A stretch of 64,000 nucleotides of DNA from Heteronotia binoei (taxonomy: Eukaryota). Below, piece after piece: positions 51,561 through 64,000 of this stretch. The stretch lies in the NCBI RefSeq assembly GCF_032191835.1, contig NC_083237.1, positions 5,456,001-5,520,000 on the forward strand, in the 5' to 3' direction. A program made the position numbers and the translations under genes. Under the pieces are notes generated by a model. That model was not told the DNA's origin. It did not search any database and worked only from the letters and a program-made list of their open reading frames with translations. Position 1 is the stretch's first letter. The number at the start of each line of letters is the position of its first letter.

Positions 51561-53265
51561 AACTTTTTGGAGCTGATGAAAGGCATTCTTGGATCTAAAA
51601 AAAATGACAAAAGACATCCACCAATCCTTTGCAGGAGACTAAAAAAACGCTAATGGAAAAGGCTTCTTTTGCAGTACCATGCTCGTCGAAGGTGGGAGGG
51701 GAAATGCAGCTCTCCAGACTACAGAGATCAGTTCTCCTGGAGAAAAGGGATGCTTGGAGGGGTGGACTCTCTGGTGTTGTACCCCACTTCGGTCCATCAT
51801 CCCCAGGCCCCATCCCCAAATCTCCAGAGCCAGATCTAGACGCCCCTCCACACACCACCACCACCCACTGCCAGTGACCAAGAAAGATCGGGCAACTACT
51901 AGCAAATCCAACATTGGGTGGTTTGTTGTAGGTGTGGAGAGGGGGAGAACAAACGTTCCCCGTTCGGGTAAAGGTCACCTTGTCGTCCTGAAGCAGCAGG
52001 ACAAAGTTCAAGGCCAGTGACGCCTTTGAGACCAACAAAGTCTTATTCTGGGTATAAACTTCCGTGTGCACTTCCTCAAATACAGCGGAGCAGATTTTCC
52101 TCAACCGCTACTTATAAAAGGAAGAAGACCGTAGATTTATACCCCGCTGGGTTGTTGCCTTTCCCAGTTCAGAAATCTTGAATCACAGGTTAACATGTTT
52201 TGTACAAGGTGTCTTCTCGACACACCTTTTTTTAGCCATGGGAAACTGCACAGTGACCTCTCTGTATTATCTGCACTTTTGGGGGGTGGGAAGAAGCGGT
52301 GAACCATTTATAAAACAGAAACATGTATTGACAGATTATATGTAACTTGCCCACTAACTTTTTATGACCCCATGATGCCCTGCACCACGTGTAAACTTCT
52401 TTGAAAATGATTATATTTCTAGAATCTCCATAAGAGATTCTCCTCCCGAGTACAATGTAGGTTGTTTTGTGACCCTATGTGGTCCTATCTTGGCTTGCCG
52501 CTTTAAGGAAGGACTGGGGGAGTAGCGAACAACAATTTGAGTTGGTTTGGACCCCTGGTTGGATCAAAGTGTAATATCAAATACTGCACACAAAGAAGCA
52601 AGCCGGCTGAAACTTTGTTGGCTCCCTTATATCCCACCCTCCACTCCAAATCTCAGAGCGGCTCAATCTCCTTTTTCTTCTTCCTCCACAACAGATACCC
52701 TGTGAGGTGGGTGGGGCTGAGAGGGCTCTCACAGCAGCTGCCCTTTCAAGGACAACCACTGCCAGAGCTACGGCTGACCCCAAGGCCATTCCAGCAGCTG
52801 CAAGTGGAGGAGCAGGGAATCAAACCGGGCTCTCCCAGATAAGAGTCCGAACACTTAACCACTGCACCAAACTGGCTCTTTCAACCACCCTTTCAAGGAC
52901 AACCTCTGCCAGAGTTATGGCTGACCCAAGGCCATTCTAGCAGCTGCAAGTGGAGGAGTGGGGAATCAAACCTGGTTCTCCCAGATAAGAGTCCACACAC
53001 TTTATCACTACAAGCGCCATGATCTGTGCTGAAAACCAAAAATGTAGCAGATCGAGGCTTTCTAACTATAAAAGCAGAGCACAGCATTATATACTCTGAC
53101 TCATGAGCACAGTCTTGTGGTTTCTGGAAATGGCTTCCCCTTCCCCAGTGCAGGTTTTCAAACCTCACATAGCCCCTGTTAAGAGTTCCTGCTAAAAGCA
53201 TCAAAGCACAAGAAAGGCGGCCACAGAAACCAGTAGCCTGTGAAATGAGGCATGAAACTTCAACG

Positions 53266-53271
53266 TTTATT
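53266..53271 (-). terminator. Candidate polyA signal AATAAA of the Harbinger-derived gene
   Basis: TTTATT on plus, about 205 nt past the stop codon. Confidence 0.55.
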
Positions 53272-53475
53272 AAAATTTTAAAAAGGACAACAAAACATGG
53301 CGAATATCCAAACCGCAAACCAGCAGCTAAGAGTAGCCGGTCTTCAGCAAACAACGAAAAGGTTCAAAAACAAAACGGTTACAGCCATCCCAGCAGCATA
53401 AACCCGAACAGCAGCTTCGCGAGGTTCCCTCATCCAGAACACAGCGCCGTCGCCGTACAAAAGGGGACAGGACAA

Positions 53476-54198
53476 CTAGCCACCCGCCATCACCCTCAAA
53501 CAGTGGCGCCGGCTGGCCAGCATGAATCTGGCCACCACGTCACGCACCTCCTGTCCCTCTAGAAGATGGCTCGTGACAGGGGGATCTCTCCACTTGAGCA
53601 CGACCGTTTTTGGAGCTGCGCGTCGGGCGAGTGGAGGGCCCCGCCCATTCTCCTCGCAGATGTTGTGGAGGACTATGCACGCCAAGACGATCCGATCCAC
53701 ATGTCCCTTTTGAACTTGGAAAGGCGCAGTGAGGCACCCCCAACGGGACTTCAGCCGCTCAAAAGCGTACCGTGCCTCGTATTGCGCCAGGCCCGCGGTG
53801 TGGTTGAAGTAACTTTCAACTGGGCCCCTGCACAGCCGGTAAGGAGTCATGAGCCACCGTCTCATAGGGTACGCCCAGTCCCCAACGATCAGGGGCGGAA
53901 CTGCAACACCGTCGAGAGTGAGAGTCGGGTTCCCCGGAACAAATGCCCCAACATCCATACCGTGGCAGAGTGCAGATGTGTGGAGCAAGAAGGAACCGTA
54001 GGTCCTTCCAGCCAGTGCAAGCTCCACATCTATGAATCTCCCCGTGTGGTCCACTGTGCCCTGAACCACGACGGACGAGTAGTCCTGCAGCCAGTCGCTG
54101 CTTTCAGGCACATTTTCCGAAACAGGGAGACGGAACGATGCCTCGTCTATAGCTCCAATACAGTGCGGGAATCCCAGGCTGCTGAACCCCGACATTAT
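53476..54198 (-). CDS. PIF/Harbinger transposase-derived protein, exon 2 (RNase H-like domain)
   Basis: T-rich CAG acceptor at 54200-54199; 240 aa open with GFPHCIGAID, VDHTGRF, GDWAYP, AFERLKSRWGCL and ACIVLHNICE motifs. Confidence 0.9.
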   Translation of the reverse strand: MMSGFSSLGFPHCIGAIDEASFRLPVSENVPESSDWLQDYSSVVVQGTVDHTGRFIDVELALAGRTYGSFLLHTSALCHGMDVGAFVPGNPTLTLDGVAVPPLIVGDWAYPMRRWLMTPYRLCRGPVESYFNHTAGLAQYEARYAFERLKSRWGCLTAPFQVQKGHVDRIVLACIVLHNICEENGRGPPLARRAAPKTVVLKWRDPPVTSHLLEGQEVRDVVARFMLASRRHCLRVMAGG

Positions 54199-56464
54199 CT
54201 GAAAAAAAAACCAGGAAGCGTTAAAGAATGTTAAAAGAACAACTTACTAGGAAAAAGGGAAGGAAAGGTCCCCTGTGCAAGCACCAGTCGTTTCCGACTC
54301 TGGGGTGATGTTGCTTTCACAAAGTTTTCACGGAAGACCATTTGACCGGGTGGTTTGCCATGGCCTTCTACGCTTCCCCCCACAGCAAGCTGGGGACACA
54401 TTTGACCGACCTCGGAAGGATGAAAGGCTGAGTCAACCTCGAGCCGACTACCTGAAAAACCAGCTTCCACCAGGGATTGAACTCAGGTCATGAGCAGAAG
54501 ATGATATTGGATTTATATCCCGCCCTCCAGTCCGAAGAGTCTCAGAGCGGCTCACAATCTCCTTTCCCTTCCTCCCCCACAACAGACACCCTGTGAGGTG
54601 AGTGGGCTGAGAGGGCTCTCACAGCAGCTGCCCTTTCAAGGACAACCTCTGCCAGAGCTATGGCTGACCCAAGGCCATGCTAGCAGGTGCGAGTGGGGAA
54701 TCAAACCCGGCTCTCCCAGATAAGAGTCCACACACTTAACCACTACACCAAACTGGCAGAGCTTAGGACTGCAGAACTGCAGCTTTAACACTCTGCGCCA
54801 CGGGGCTCTTGCCTCTTACTGGGCTACAAAAACTTTATACCACTTGGTTGGGCACAGCTACAGAGACAGTTATAAAAATTGCTTTTCTAGGACTTGAAAT
54901 GTTATCACTGTTTGTTACAGTGAGCCAGTTTAAAGTGTGCGGACTCTTATCTGGGAGAACCGGGTTTGATTCCTCACTCCTCCACTTGCAACTGCAACAG
55001 AATAGAACAAAATCCAGTGGCTCCTTTAAGAAAGAAGGCAAAAGATGAGATGGCTGGACAGTGTTACTGATGTAACAAACACGAATTTGAGCAGACTTCG
55101 GAGGATGGTGGAAGACAGGAGGGCCTGGCGTGACTTGGTCCATGGGGTCGCAAAGAGTCGGACTCGACTGTGCGACTGAACAACAACAAAGCACCTTTAA
55201 GACCAACAAAGTTTTATTCAGAATGTAAGCTTTCCTATGCATGCATACTTCATCAGTCAATGGAATGGGATAAAGAGAGCATAAGCTAATTTGCTATGTA
55301 TTGAATGTTGTCTGTGTAATTCTAATCTCAACTTTAACAAAGTTAATTTTTTAAAAAAAGAGAGAACAGACATTTTCCCAAAGTGACGGAGGCAATGCAC
55401 TTTATCTTTGGTCCGTTGGAAGCTCAGCCTGTTGGACCTGCAGTTCAATAAATCCCCAAACGTACGAAGTAATACAGATTGTCCAATGGGACGAAGGTGC
55501 CATCCACTCAGTGGCAAATTTAAGACCAACAAAGTATTTTCAAGGCATTAGCTTTCATGTGGACACACAAGAGGGCAGCCGTGTTGGTCTGAAGCAGTTG
55601 AATAAAGCGGGAGTCAAGTTCACCTTTAAGACCAACCAAGTTTTATTGCTGAAGTGTGCTTAGAGAGCACAGGAAAGCTTACGTTCTCAATAAAACTTGG
55701 TTGGTCTTAAAGGTGCCACTTGACTTTTGATTTGTTCACGTGGGCACACTCTTTGCGAGACAAATGAAATGGCATTGGAAACAGAAATTATATGGCTGCC
55801 CACCTAGACCTATTCCCCTATGGGCCCACAACTATGCCAGGGGTGGCCAAACTTTCCTAATGTAAGAGTCACATTGAATGAATGTCAGATATCTGAGAGC
55901 CACAACATATGGATGTCAGATATTTGAGGACAGGCAGGAAAATAGATGGAGGATGAAGGAGAGATGGAAAAAAAGCAACATTAACTTTAAATGCAGCTGG
56001 CTTGGCTTGGAGAAGTGATTTAAAGGGACAAATGCCTTCTCCACGCTGGCCAATAGGGTGGAGGCGAGGCTTCTAAGAGTCACACAATATGTGTGAAAGA
56101 GCCACAGTTTGGCCACTCCTATATTTAAAAGTTAGTAGAAAGCTGGGCCTGGTGAACTCACACTCCAGTGCAGGGGGGGGGGGGCAAACTTGCTTAATGT
56201 AAGAGCCACATAGAATAAACATCAGATGTTGGAGAGCCACAAGACGGGAAGGAAAGCAAGTAAATGGAGGTGGGGGAGAGAGGTGGGAAGAAAGCCACTT
56301 TAAATGCATTTTTCAAGCCGCCAGCTGGCTTGCAGAAGTGATTTAAAGCTGGCTGCAAGGTGGCGGGGGGGGGGGGGGTTCGAGAGCCACACAATAGGTG
56401 TGAAAGAGCCACACTAACGCATCCGTGGCAAGGCAACATTTTTAACAGGACAAAAGAAAAATAC

Positions 56465-56884
56465 CTCCATGACATTGGGACCCAGGCAAACAACCTTGCT
56501 GAGCAGCTCCTCCTCGATCGCTGAGCAAACTTCCACCACCGCGTCTTCCACTGTGGCCAGCTCCACGCCAAAGCGCTCCGCGAGGTCTCGGAAGGGATAG
56601 CCGCTGGCCAGGTAGAAAAGGGCCAGGGCCACCCGCTTCTCCACTGGAAGGCGCCGCACCCCGTCCGCCTGCTGCAGGCGCCCTTGCAAAGCCTCCACGA
56701 GTTGGGCAAAAGCAGCCTGGGTCATTCGGAAATGCTGACGCCATTCCCTCTCGCCCCCCTGGGCCTGCACGAAAGCCTCCCACCAGCCATGGCCCCGGGA
56801 GAAGGAAAACCCAACTCCTGATGCTGGAGAGGCCCCAGCAAGAGCGCGCCGGCGCCTCTTCGGAGCTCTCCCCCCCTGCAGCAT
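56465..56884 (-). CDS. PIF/Harbinger transposase-derived protein (HARBI1/ALP1-like, DDE_Tnp_4 family), exon 1; start codon uncertain
   Basis: WWE...W..HFRM and PVEKRVALALFYLASG...FRDLAERFGV..ATV HTH motifs; donor GAG|GTAT at 56464, phase 0. Confidence 0.85.
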
Positions 56885-57218
56885 TTGCAAGCCTGACTCT
56901 CCTTCTCGCTGCGGCCAGAGCCGTCGGTGGGCGATCTTGGCTGTCTCTGAGCAAACCGAGAATCAGCGGCAGCGTTGCCCGGACCAGCATCTACCGGGTC
57001 TCCTCCATCCCTGGCTCCCGGGAAGCGCACACACCTGGAGGACCAGAGATTCTATTTCAAAGCATCCGGCAAAAGTGCCTCCCTGAGATTGGCGCAAAAC
57101 TGGCCAATGAGGAGAGAGTCCCGCGAAACTCAGCGCGGGGGGGGGGAGGAGGAGAGGGAGACAGCGACCCCTGGTGGGGAAAGGCCGCGGAGTTCCCCGC
57201 GCAAAAGGAAAAGGAAGG

Positions 57219-57773
57219 AAAGTGTCTAGTGCAAGCACCAGTCTTTTGCGACGTTTTCACGGCAGGGGTGGTTTGCCATTGCCTTCCCCAGTCTTTTACA
57301 CTCCCCCCCCCCCCCCCCAGCAAGCTGGGTATTCATTTTACCAACCTCGGAAGGATGGAAGGCTGAGTCAACCTTGGGCCGGCTACCTGAACCCAGCTTC
57401 CGCTGGAATCGAACTCTGGTCGTGAGCAGAGAGTTCAGATCACAGTACTGCAGTACTGCTGCTTTACCACTCTGCGCCACGGGGCTCTTAAAAGGAAAGG
57501 TCCCCTGTGCAAGCACCAGTCGTTTCCGTCTCTGGGGTGACGCTGCTTTCACAACGTTTTCACGGCAGACCTTTTTACGGGGTGGTTTGCCATTGCCTTC
57601 TCCAAGTCTTCTACACTCCCCCCCCCCCCACCAAGCTCATTTGACCGACCTCGGAAGGGTTGAAGGCTGAGTCAACCTCGAGCCGGCTACCTGAACCCAG
57701 CTTCCGCTGGAATCGAACTCTGATCGTGAGCAGAGGGCTCCGACTGCAGGACTGCAGCTTTACCGCTCTGCGC
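57219..57773 (-). mobile_element. Two head-to-tail Sauria SINEs upstream of the Harbinger-derived gene
   Basis: Two consecutive copies, 57219-57489 and 57490-57773. Confidence 0.8.
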
Positions 57774-58603
57774 ACAAAAGAGGAAAATGCAAATCCCCGC
57801 GCCGCACAAAGGGATAAGCGGATCCTGCAGCTTTCCCTCCCCCCCCAGCCGTGACCCCCAACCCCCAGCGGGCGACAGGGCAATGGCCAGGACGCCGCGG
57901 AGGTCGCCCCGCAGTGGGGATTTGCTTGCAGGCCTCGCTCCTGAACGGAACCTTTTCGGAGAGTTCCACCTCTTCCTTCCCACCTTGTCCATTGCATAGC
58001 AGGTGCAGCTGCATAACAAACCCTGGATGAGCTGCACCACCTTTTTTCCCTACAAAACGACCCCTTCTGGAGAAGGCGAGAGGTGGGAGGGATTGATTCT
58101 CATCTGTGTTTTCGAGACAAGGGGGTGGGGGGAGAAATAATACCATCGAGCTGCAATGCTGTGATTCCGCGTTTTCAAGGCAAGAGAGGAGCACAGACGC
58201 ACACCCTTATTTTTGTCCCACCTGGCCGTGGTTCCCTGGGAGGAAATGTTTGTTTCACTATCACCCCCTCCCTATTTCCCACAATGAGAAGAAGCATGAC
58301 TAGTCCAGCGCTGTCTGTGCCTATTAAGTCTTAACTGTGGTCAACCGCTTTACTCTCGAGTAAACTTGCAGGGCTCAATTGCAGCCTAAAGTTGCTCAAA
58401 GGATCGATCACGCGCCCCGCTAAAGCGCAGTAAGGGAAGTAAGACCAGTTCAGTGTGTCCTTGTCCCCCCCAATATTAGGGGTTTGTAGAAACTCTGTGG
58501 GTATTTCACGTTAGGCTAGCAACTGAAAAATATATCCAGAGTGGCGACTCTTGATTCCAGACAGAGTTCTTTTTTTATAAGAAAGGGGGTAAAAAAAAAC
58601 TAC

Positions 58604-58675
58604 TGGAGATGCCGGGGATCGAACCCGGGGCCTCATACATGCAAAGCATGCGCTCTACCACTGAGCTACATCCCC
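58604..58675 (-). tRNA. tRNA-Ala (TGC)
   Basis: Reverse complement GGGGATGTAGCTCAGTGG...GGCATCTCCA; paired acceptor stem; T9 terminator, and no SINE body follows. Confidence 0.95.
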
Positions 58676-59645
58676 GCCCGTTTCATCAACTCTCATTCCA
58701 TGTTGTTGCATACACCAACCAGCAGAGCACCGACGCGAAAATAATTCCAGCACAAATAAAAGGATTAAGACGTTCGAGGACAAGACCTCTTTTTTGGTCG
58801 TCCCGTTCTCGGTTTAGCAGAGAATATTAACTGAAAGATACCAAGAAGCTAGCGGTCTCGAAAAACAGCGAAAAAAATCTACCTTATTCCCATGAATGAG
58901 CGGTTATTACAAGTACTCCTAAACCAGAGGTGGTCAGACTGTGCCTCTTTCGCATATAATTGTGTGGCTCTCAAAGCCCCCACCTTGTCGGCCAACTTGC
59001 AGAAGGCATTTCTCTTTTAAAGTCACTTTTCCAAGCCAAACCCAGCGTGGAGAACGCATTTAAAGTCGACTTTCTTTCCACCTCTCCCTCCCCCATCTAT
59101 TTGTCTTCCTTCCTACTGTCAAACATCTGACGTTTATTCCATATGGGGAAAAGAAAGGTCCCCTGTGCAAGCACCAGTCGTTTCCGACTCTGGTGTGACG
59201 TTGCTTTCACAAAGTTTTCACGGCAGACTTTGGACGGGATGGTTTGCCATTGCCTTCCCCAGTCAGCTACACTTCCTCCCCAGCAAGCTGGGGACTCATT
59301 TTACCGACCTCAGAAGAATATAAGGCTGAGTCAACCTCGAGCCGGCTACCTGAAAACCCAGCTTCCACCGGGGATCAAACTCATGTTGTGAGCAGATTCA
59401 GACCAGTGCTGCAATACTGCTGCTTTACCACTCTGGGCCACGGGCTCTTACATTAAAAGTTTGGCCCTCCCTGTCCTAAACCTTCAAAGAGCAGCTGCTT
59501 TGAAATGCGCTTTAAAAACCCACTAATTCAAAGCAAACAAAATGAGGTGAGTTTTCCAAGACCAAAGCTTTGGCAGAGCCAAACGCTTTCAGAAACGATC
59601 AGTTAACTAAGTTAAGAGTAACAGCTCTTTCATGGAGACGTGGGT

Positions 59646-59661
59646 GGCCCTTAAAAGGACC
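59646..59661 (-). terminator. Histone 3' stem-loop variant GGTCCTTTTAAGGGCC (H4)
   Basis: 6-bp stem with one U-G pair, followed by ACCCA. Confidence 0.9.
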
Positions 59662-59694
59662 TTTTGTGCGTCTGTGTCGTTGGCGGCGGAAGCC

Positions 59695-60009
<315 letters not shown>

Positions 60010-62889
60010 CTACAGTGTATTTCTCCCGATGTCTAACCAAACAATGGTAACAACCGCCAGGCCAAATGAGCTTTTATAGGCCTATGACGGACCAGAATGA
60101 AAACTAGCAAAGAGGCACTTTCCCGCCTTTCCTAACCGCCTCATCGCGCGGCAGTCTCGTGAATGCCCCGCCTACGACAGCTTTGGCCAATCAGCATCGA
60201 AAGCAAAATAGCCAATCAAAGCATTTGAAGCAGCTTTTCATGTATCCACCCCAGTTTCAAAAAAATGAACTCGATAATATCCATCCATCTCTCTAGATAC
60301 GGATTTAAGAACTGCACGCTGGTGGGTCAGGAAACCTCAGCGTTAATTTTGAGCACCAAAGGCGATTTAGTGGGCTCCTGGACGAAACTTTCGGGAACCT
60401 GGTTTACAACTTGTCCACTCCTTACTGACACAGCAAAGTCTTATTGTAGTTTATCTACTATCAGATTACTTGTGGCACAGATATAAGCAAGATGGTAGGT
60501 ATCACTATACCACAAGGCTCTTCTTTTGCCACAGAGAGATTAGCCCAAGCTGTGATTTCTACAACAGTTTAACATACCTGCTCCTCTAGATGAGTCACAG
60601 GCCCTAACATAAGAACATTCAAAAATTATACTAGCTGTTCATCTAGTCTACTCTTGTCTCACACAAGAAGATATTGGATTTATATCCTGCCCTATACTCA
60701 GAGCTGTCACAATGTCCTTTAGTGCCCCCTCCCCACCAACAGACACCCTGTGAGGTGGGTGGGGCTGAGAGAGCTCTTACAGCAGCTGTCCTTTCAAGGA
60801 CAACTCCTACGGGGGGGGCTATGGCTGACCCAAGGCCATTCCAGCAGGTGCCAGTGGAGGAGTGCGGAATCAAACCCGGTTCTCCCAGTTAAGAGTCTGC
60901 ACACTTAACCACTTAGCAAGAGCTATGGCTAACCCAAGACCATTCCAGCAGATGCAAGTGGAGGAGTGGGGAATCAAACCCAGTTCTCCCAGATAAGAGT
61001 CTGCACACTTAAGCACCACACCAGACTGGCTCTCACCGTGACCAACCAGTTCCTCTGGAGAGCCAACAACCAGGCACAGAGACTAAGGCCTTCCCCTGAG
61101 TTGCCTCCTGGTTCTGGGATTCAGAGGTTGACTGCCTCTGAACGTGGAGGTTCCCTTTAGCCAACCTATCCTCCATTACTTCAACTCCCTTTTAAAACTA
61201 TCTGGGCCTGTGGCCATTGTTGCATCCTCTGGCAGCTGACAGGTTATACTTTGTACAATAATGCTTGTTTTCTGAGGAAACCTGAAACCCAGGACTTAGT
61301 CCTGAAGTGAATAGTATGCCATACCGTGTACTTTAAGGCAAAGAGGATGATGATTGTCTAAGTATTTGCACATTTCAACTCCATTAAAGTCTGGAAGGGT
61401 ATCAGCTGTTATTCAACAGCTTCCTTATTAGCAGTGGAAAATACCCTCAAATCATGGCTGATTCATGGTGACCTCGTGGGGTTTTCAAAGCTTCCATAGT
61501 AGAACAGTGCTTGTTACCCTCACCTATCCCATGAAAGGCTGGTCTGGCTTTCCTCAACAGGAGAAAAAAAAATTGTTCGAATAGGGAAAAAAATATTAGA
61601 AACATAGACTAGAAGGGATCTTAAGGGTATCTAGCCCAACTCCCTGCACAATGCAGGAAATTCACAACTACCTTCCCCTCACGTACAAACTCCAGTGACC
61701 CTTGCTCTGTGCCCAGAAGAAGAAAAAAACAACCCCCAAACCCTCCAAGATGCCTGGCCTGGAGGAAAATTCCTTCCGGACCCTAAAATTGGCAATCAGC
61801 ATTTCCTTGGGCATGTATGAAAGGGCCAGGAGAGCTATGCTCTGATTCATCCCTTTCTGCCCTCCCTCTCAGTCTGCCTGAATTCTAAAATATATCCCCA
61901 CCACCAAGCACTCCTGTGGATGCCTCCCATCATCCTTTCTCACGAGGAAACATGAAACAGAGGAATAAAGTCACGTGCAACAGCACCTTTAAGACCAACG
62001 AAGCTCTATTCGAGGTAGGAGCTTTTTAAAGAAGCGTGCTTGCACGCAAAAGCTCCGACCTTGAATTAAACTGTTGGTCTTAAAGGTGGAGCTGGACTTT
62101 TGACTTTGTTTGCAGCTCCCACCAATAGAACTAGTCATATCGGACTGCTCTCCTCATTCAGTTTCATAGTTCTACTTCTGTTGCCTTGTACATTTCATTC
62201 CATATTGCTGTTCATATTAACCTGCCGTTTTGTGCACTCCTAGGCATATGACATCATGTAAAATCTTTATAGCGTAGGATTTTTTTCCTGTTCTGCAGTC
62301 TTGGTGAGAAAGGCAGCTATAAATAAATGCTAAATAAATTAGGACATCAGAAATTATTTCCAATGTTTTCAGCTCACTGTACAGTCAGCAGAACAAAGCA
62401 GTAGATAAGTGCATCTTTAAGACCAACAAAGTTTTATTCAGAATATCAGCAGTAAATGACATCAGGTTCCAGGGAGTCGCCTTACGATGCATTGGTAAAC
62501 TGGACATTAAACCAAGGCCTTTAATGCAGAACTGAATTGTCCAAGGGCTTGCTTTTCTGCAAGGTAGCACTGCAATAAAGTTCAATCACGGAAAAATTTT
62601 CAGGGACTGCAGTCTACATTGGTTCCTTGTGTATAGCTTACTGAGATCCTATTACACATTTCTGCAATGGGTTAATGCTTATACACAATGTTTTATATTT
62701 TAGATTGTAGTTGCAGCTTTCCACCAACATGGCTTTTACTGTAGCCCACCTTGATATATTGGGGAGGGGAAGTATAATTTGCAAATAAAAATTACTGATT
62801 CCATCCCTTACCAAAGAAACAAAACTTATTAAGTAAACTTCAAACTCAGTTATGAAACAAGTGATTCAGATCTCTCAGAAAAAGTGGGT

Positions 62890-62905
62890 GGCTCTTAAAA
62901 GAGCC
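62890..62905 (-). terminator. Histone 3' stem-loop (H2B copy 2)
   Basis: Reverse complement GGCTCTTTTAAGAGCC followed by ACCCA. Confidence 0.95.
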
Positions 62906-62938
62906 TTTGGGTTTTTCCTGGAATTGATGGAAAACGAG

Positions 62939-63364
<426 letters not shown>

Positions 63365-63379
63365 CTATTGGAAGCGCCT

Positions 63380-63640
63380 TTTGCGAGCCCTGGTATTTAT
63401 AGGAGCCCGAGGCCCGCCAGAACTCAAATTCTCCAGCCGCGATTGGCCGGCAAAACCAGCGCGAGGCGCCTGCATGCAAATAAGAGGATGAAAAGTAGAA
63501 GTCGGCTTCTTATTGGTTAAAAAAAATCAGCGCGAGGCGCCTGCATGCAAATAAGAGGATGAAAATGGGAAGTCGACTTCTTATTGGTTGAAACGCAGCT
63601 TCGCTCCCATTGGCGCAGGCTCCGCCACCGTCCAATCAGA
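63380..63640 (-). promoter_or_regulatory. H2B copy 2 promoter: TATA, two octamers (63474-63481, 63545-63552), multiple CCAAT boxes
   Basis: Motifs read directly; the octamer is the established H2B-specific element. Confidence 0.85.
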
Positions 63641-64000
63641 AGTGCCATTGCGGTACGAACGAGAAGTAAGGGGGAAAGTCGAAAGCTTTCCAGATTCTCT
63701 GCAGTTTGAAGGGTTCTCGCTCTTCTGTAATGTCATTTGGGCCGGTTAGGCAGACAGAGGCGCCGCTGCAGCCCCCCTCCCCCGGCAAAAAAACCCCACT
63801 TTGGGTCTAGCAGCAGAATAAAACAGGAATCAAGTGGTACCTTAAATACAAGCAAACAATGAGGTGTGGCTGGTTCATGGCCTTCAAACCCCTACATTTA
63901 ATTACTTCTTAGGACTAGAGTCTAGACCAGGGGTGGCCAAAATGTGGCTCTTTCACATAATATTGTGTGGCTCTTGAAGCACCCCCCCCATCTCATTGGC

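Noticed and set aside
53566-54234. 222-aa plus-strand ORF
   Set aside because: Antisense shadow of Harbinger exon 2; no recognisable motifs.
57760-58194. CpG-rich ORF upstream of the Harbinger gene as a possible Myb/SANT partner
   Set aside because: No spaced Trp Myb/SANT signature; partly SINE and repeat sequence.

Overview
Vertebrate (squamate reptile, probably gecko, judged from the SINE families) genomic DNA; no prokaryotic features. 1-19.1 kb: the 5' part of a KIF4A kinesin gene on the minus strand (9 coding exons resolved with GT-AG boundaries; the gene continues off the left edge). It lies head-to-head with a complete 6-coding-exon PDZD11 gene on the plus strand (22.7-27.7 kb, 145 aa). 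34.6-63.3 kb: an interspersed Pol III/histone cluster with 7 canonical tRNA genes (Gln-TTG, Gly-GCC, Phe-GAA, Ser-GCT, Asp-GTC, Leu-AAG, Ala-TGC) and 4 replication-dependent histone genes (H3.2, H2B, H4, H2B; no H2A or H1). Inside this cluster is the most interesting feature: a spliced, two-exon, open PIF/Harbinger-transposase-derived gene (56884/56990 to 53476, minus) with a polyA signal and an apparently broken DDE triad, a candidate domesticated transposase. The rest is dense in repeats: CR1, L1, L2 and BovB fragments, Sauria and two other tRNA-head SINE families, hAT MITEs with TSDs, 5S-derived pieces, and Penelope-like remnants carrying minimal hammerhead ribozyme motifs (one intact copy is sense within a KIF4A intron). 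There is one 158-nt N gap. All family assignments come from recalled motifs, not database searches.
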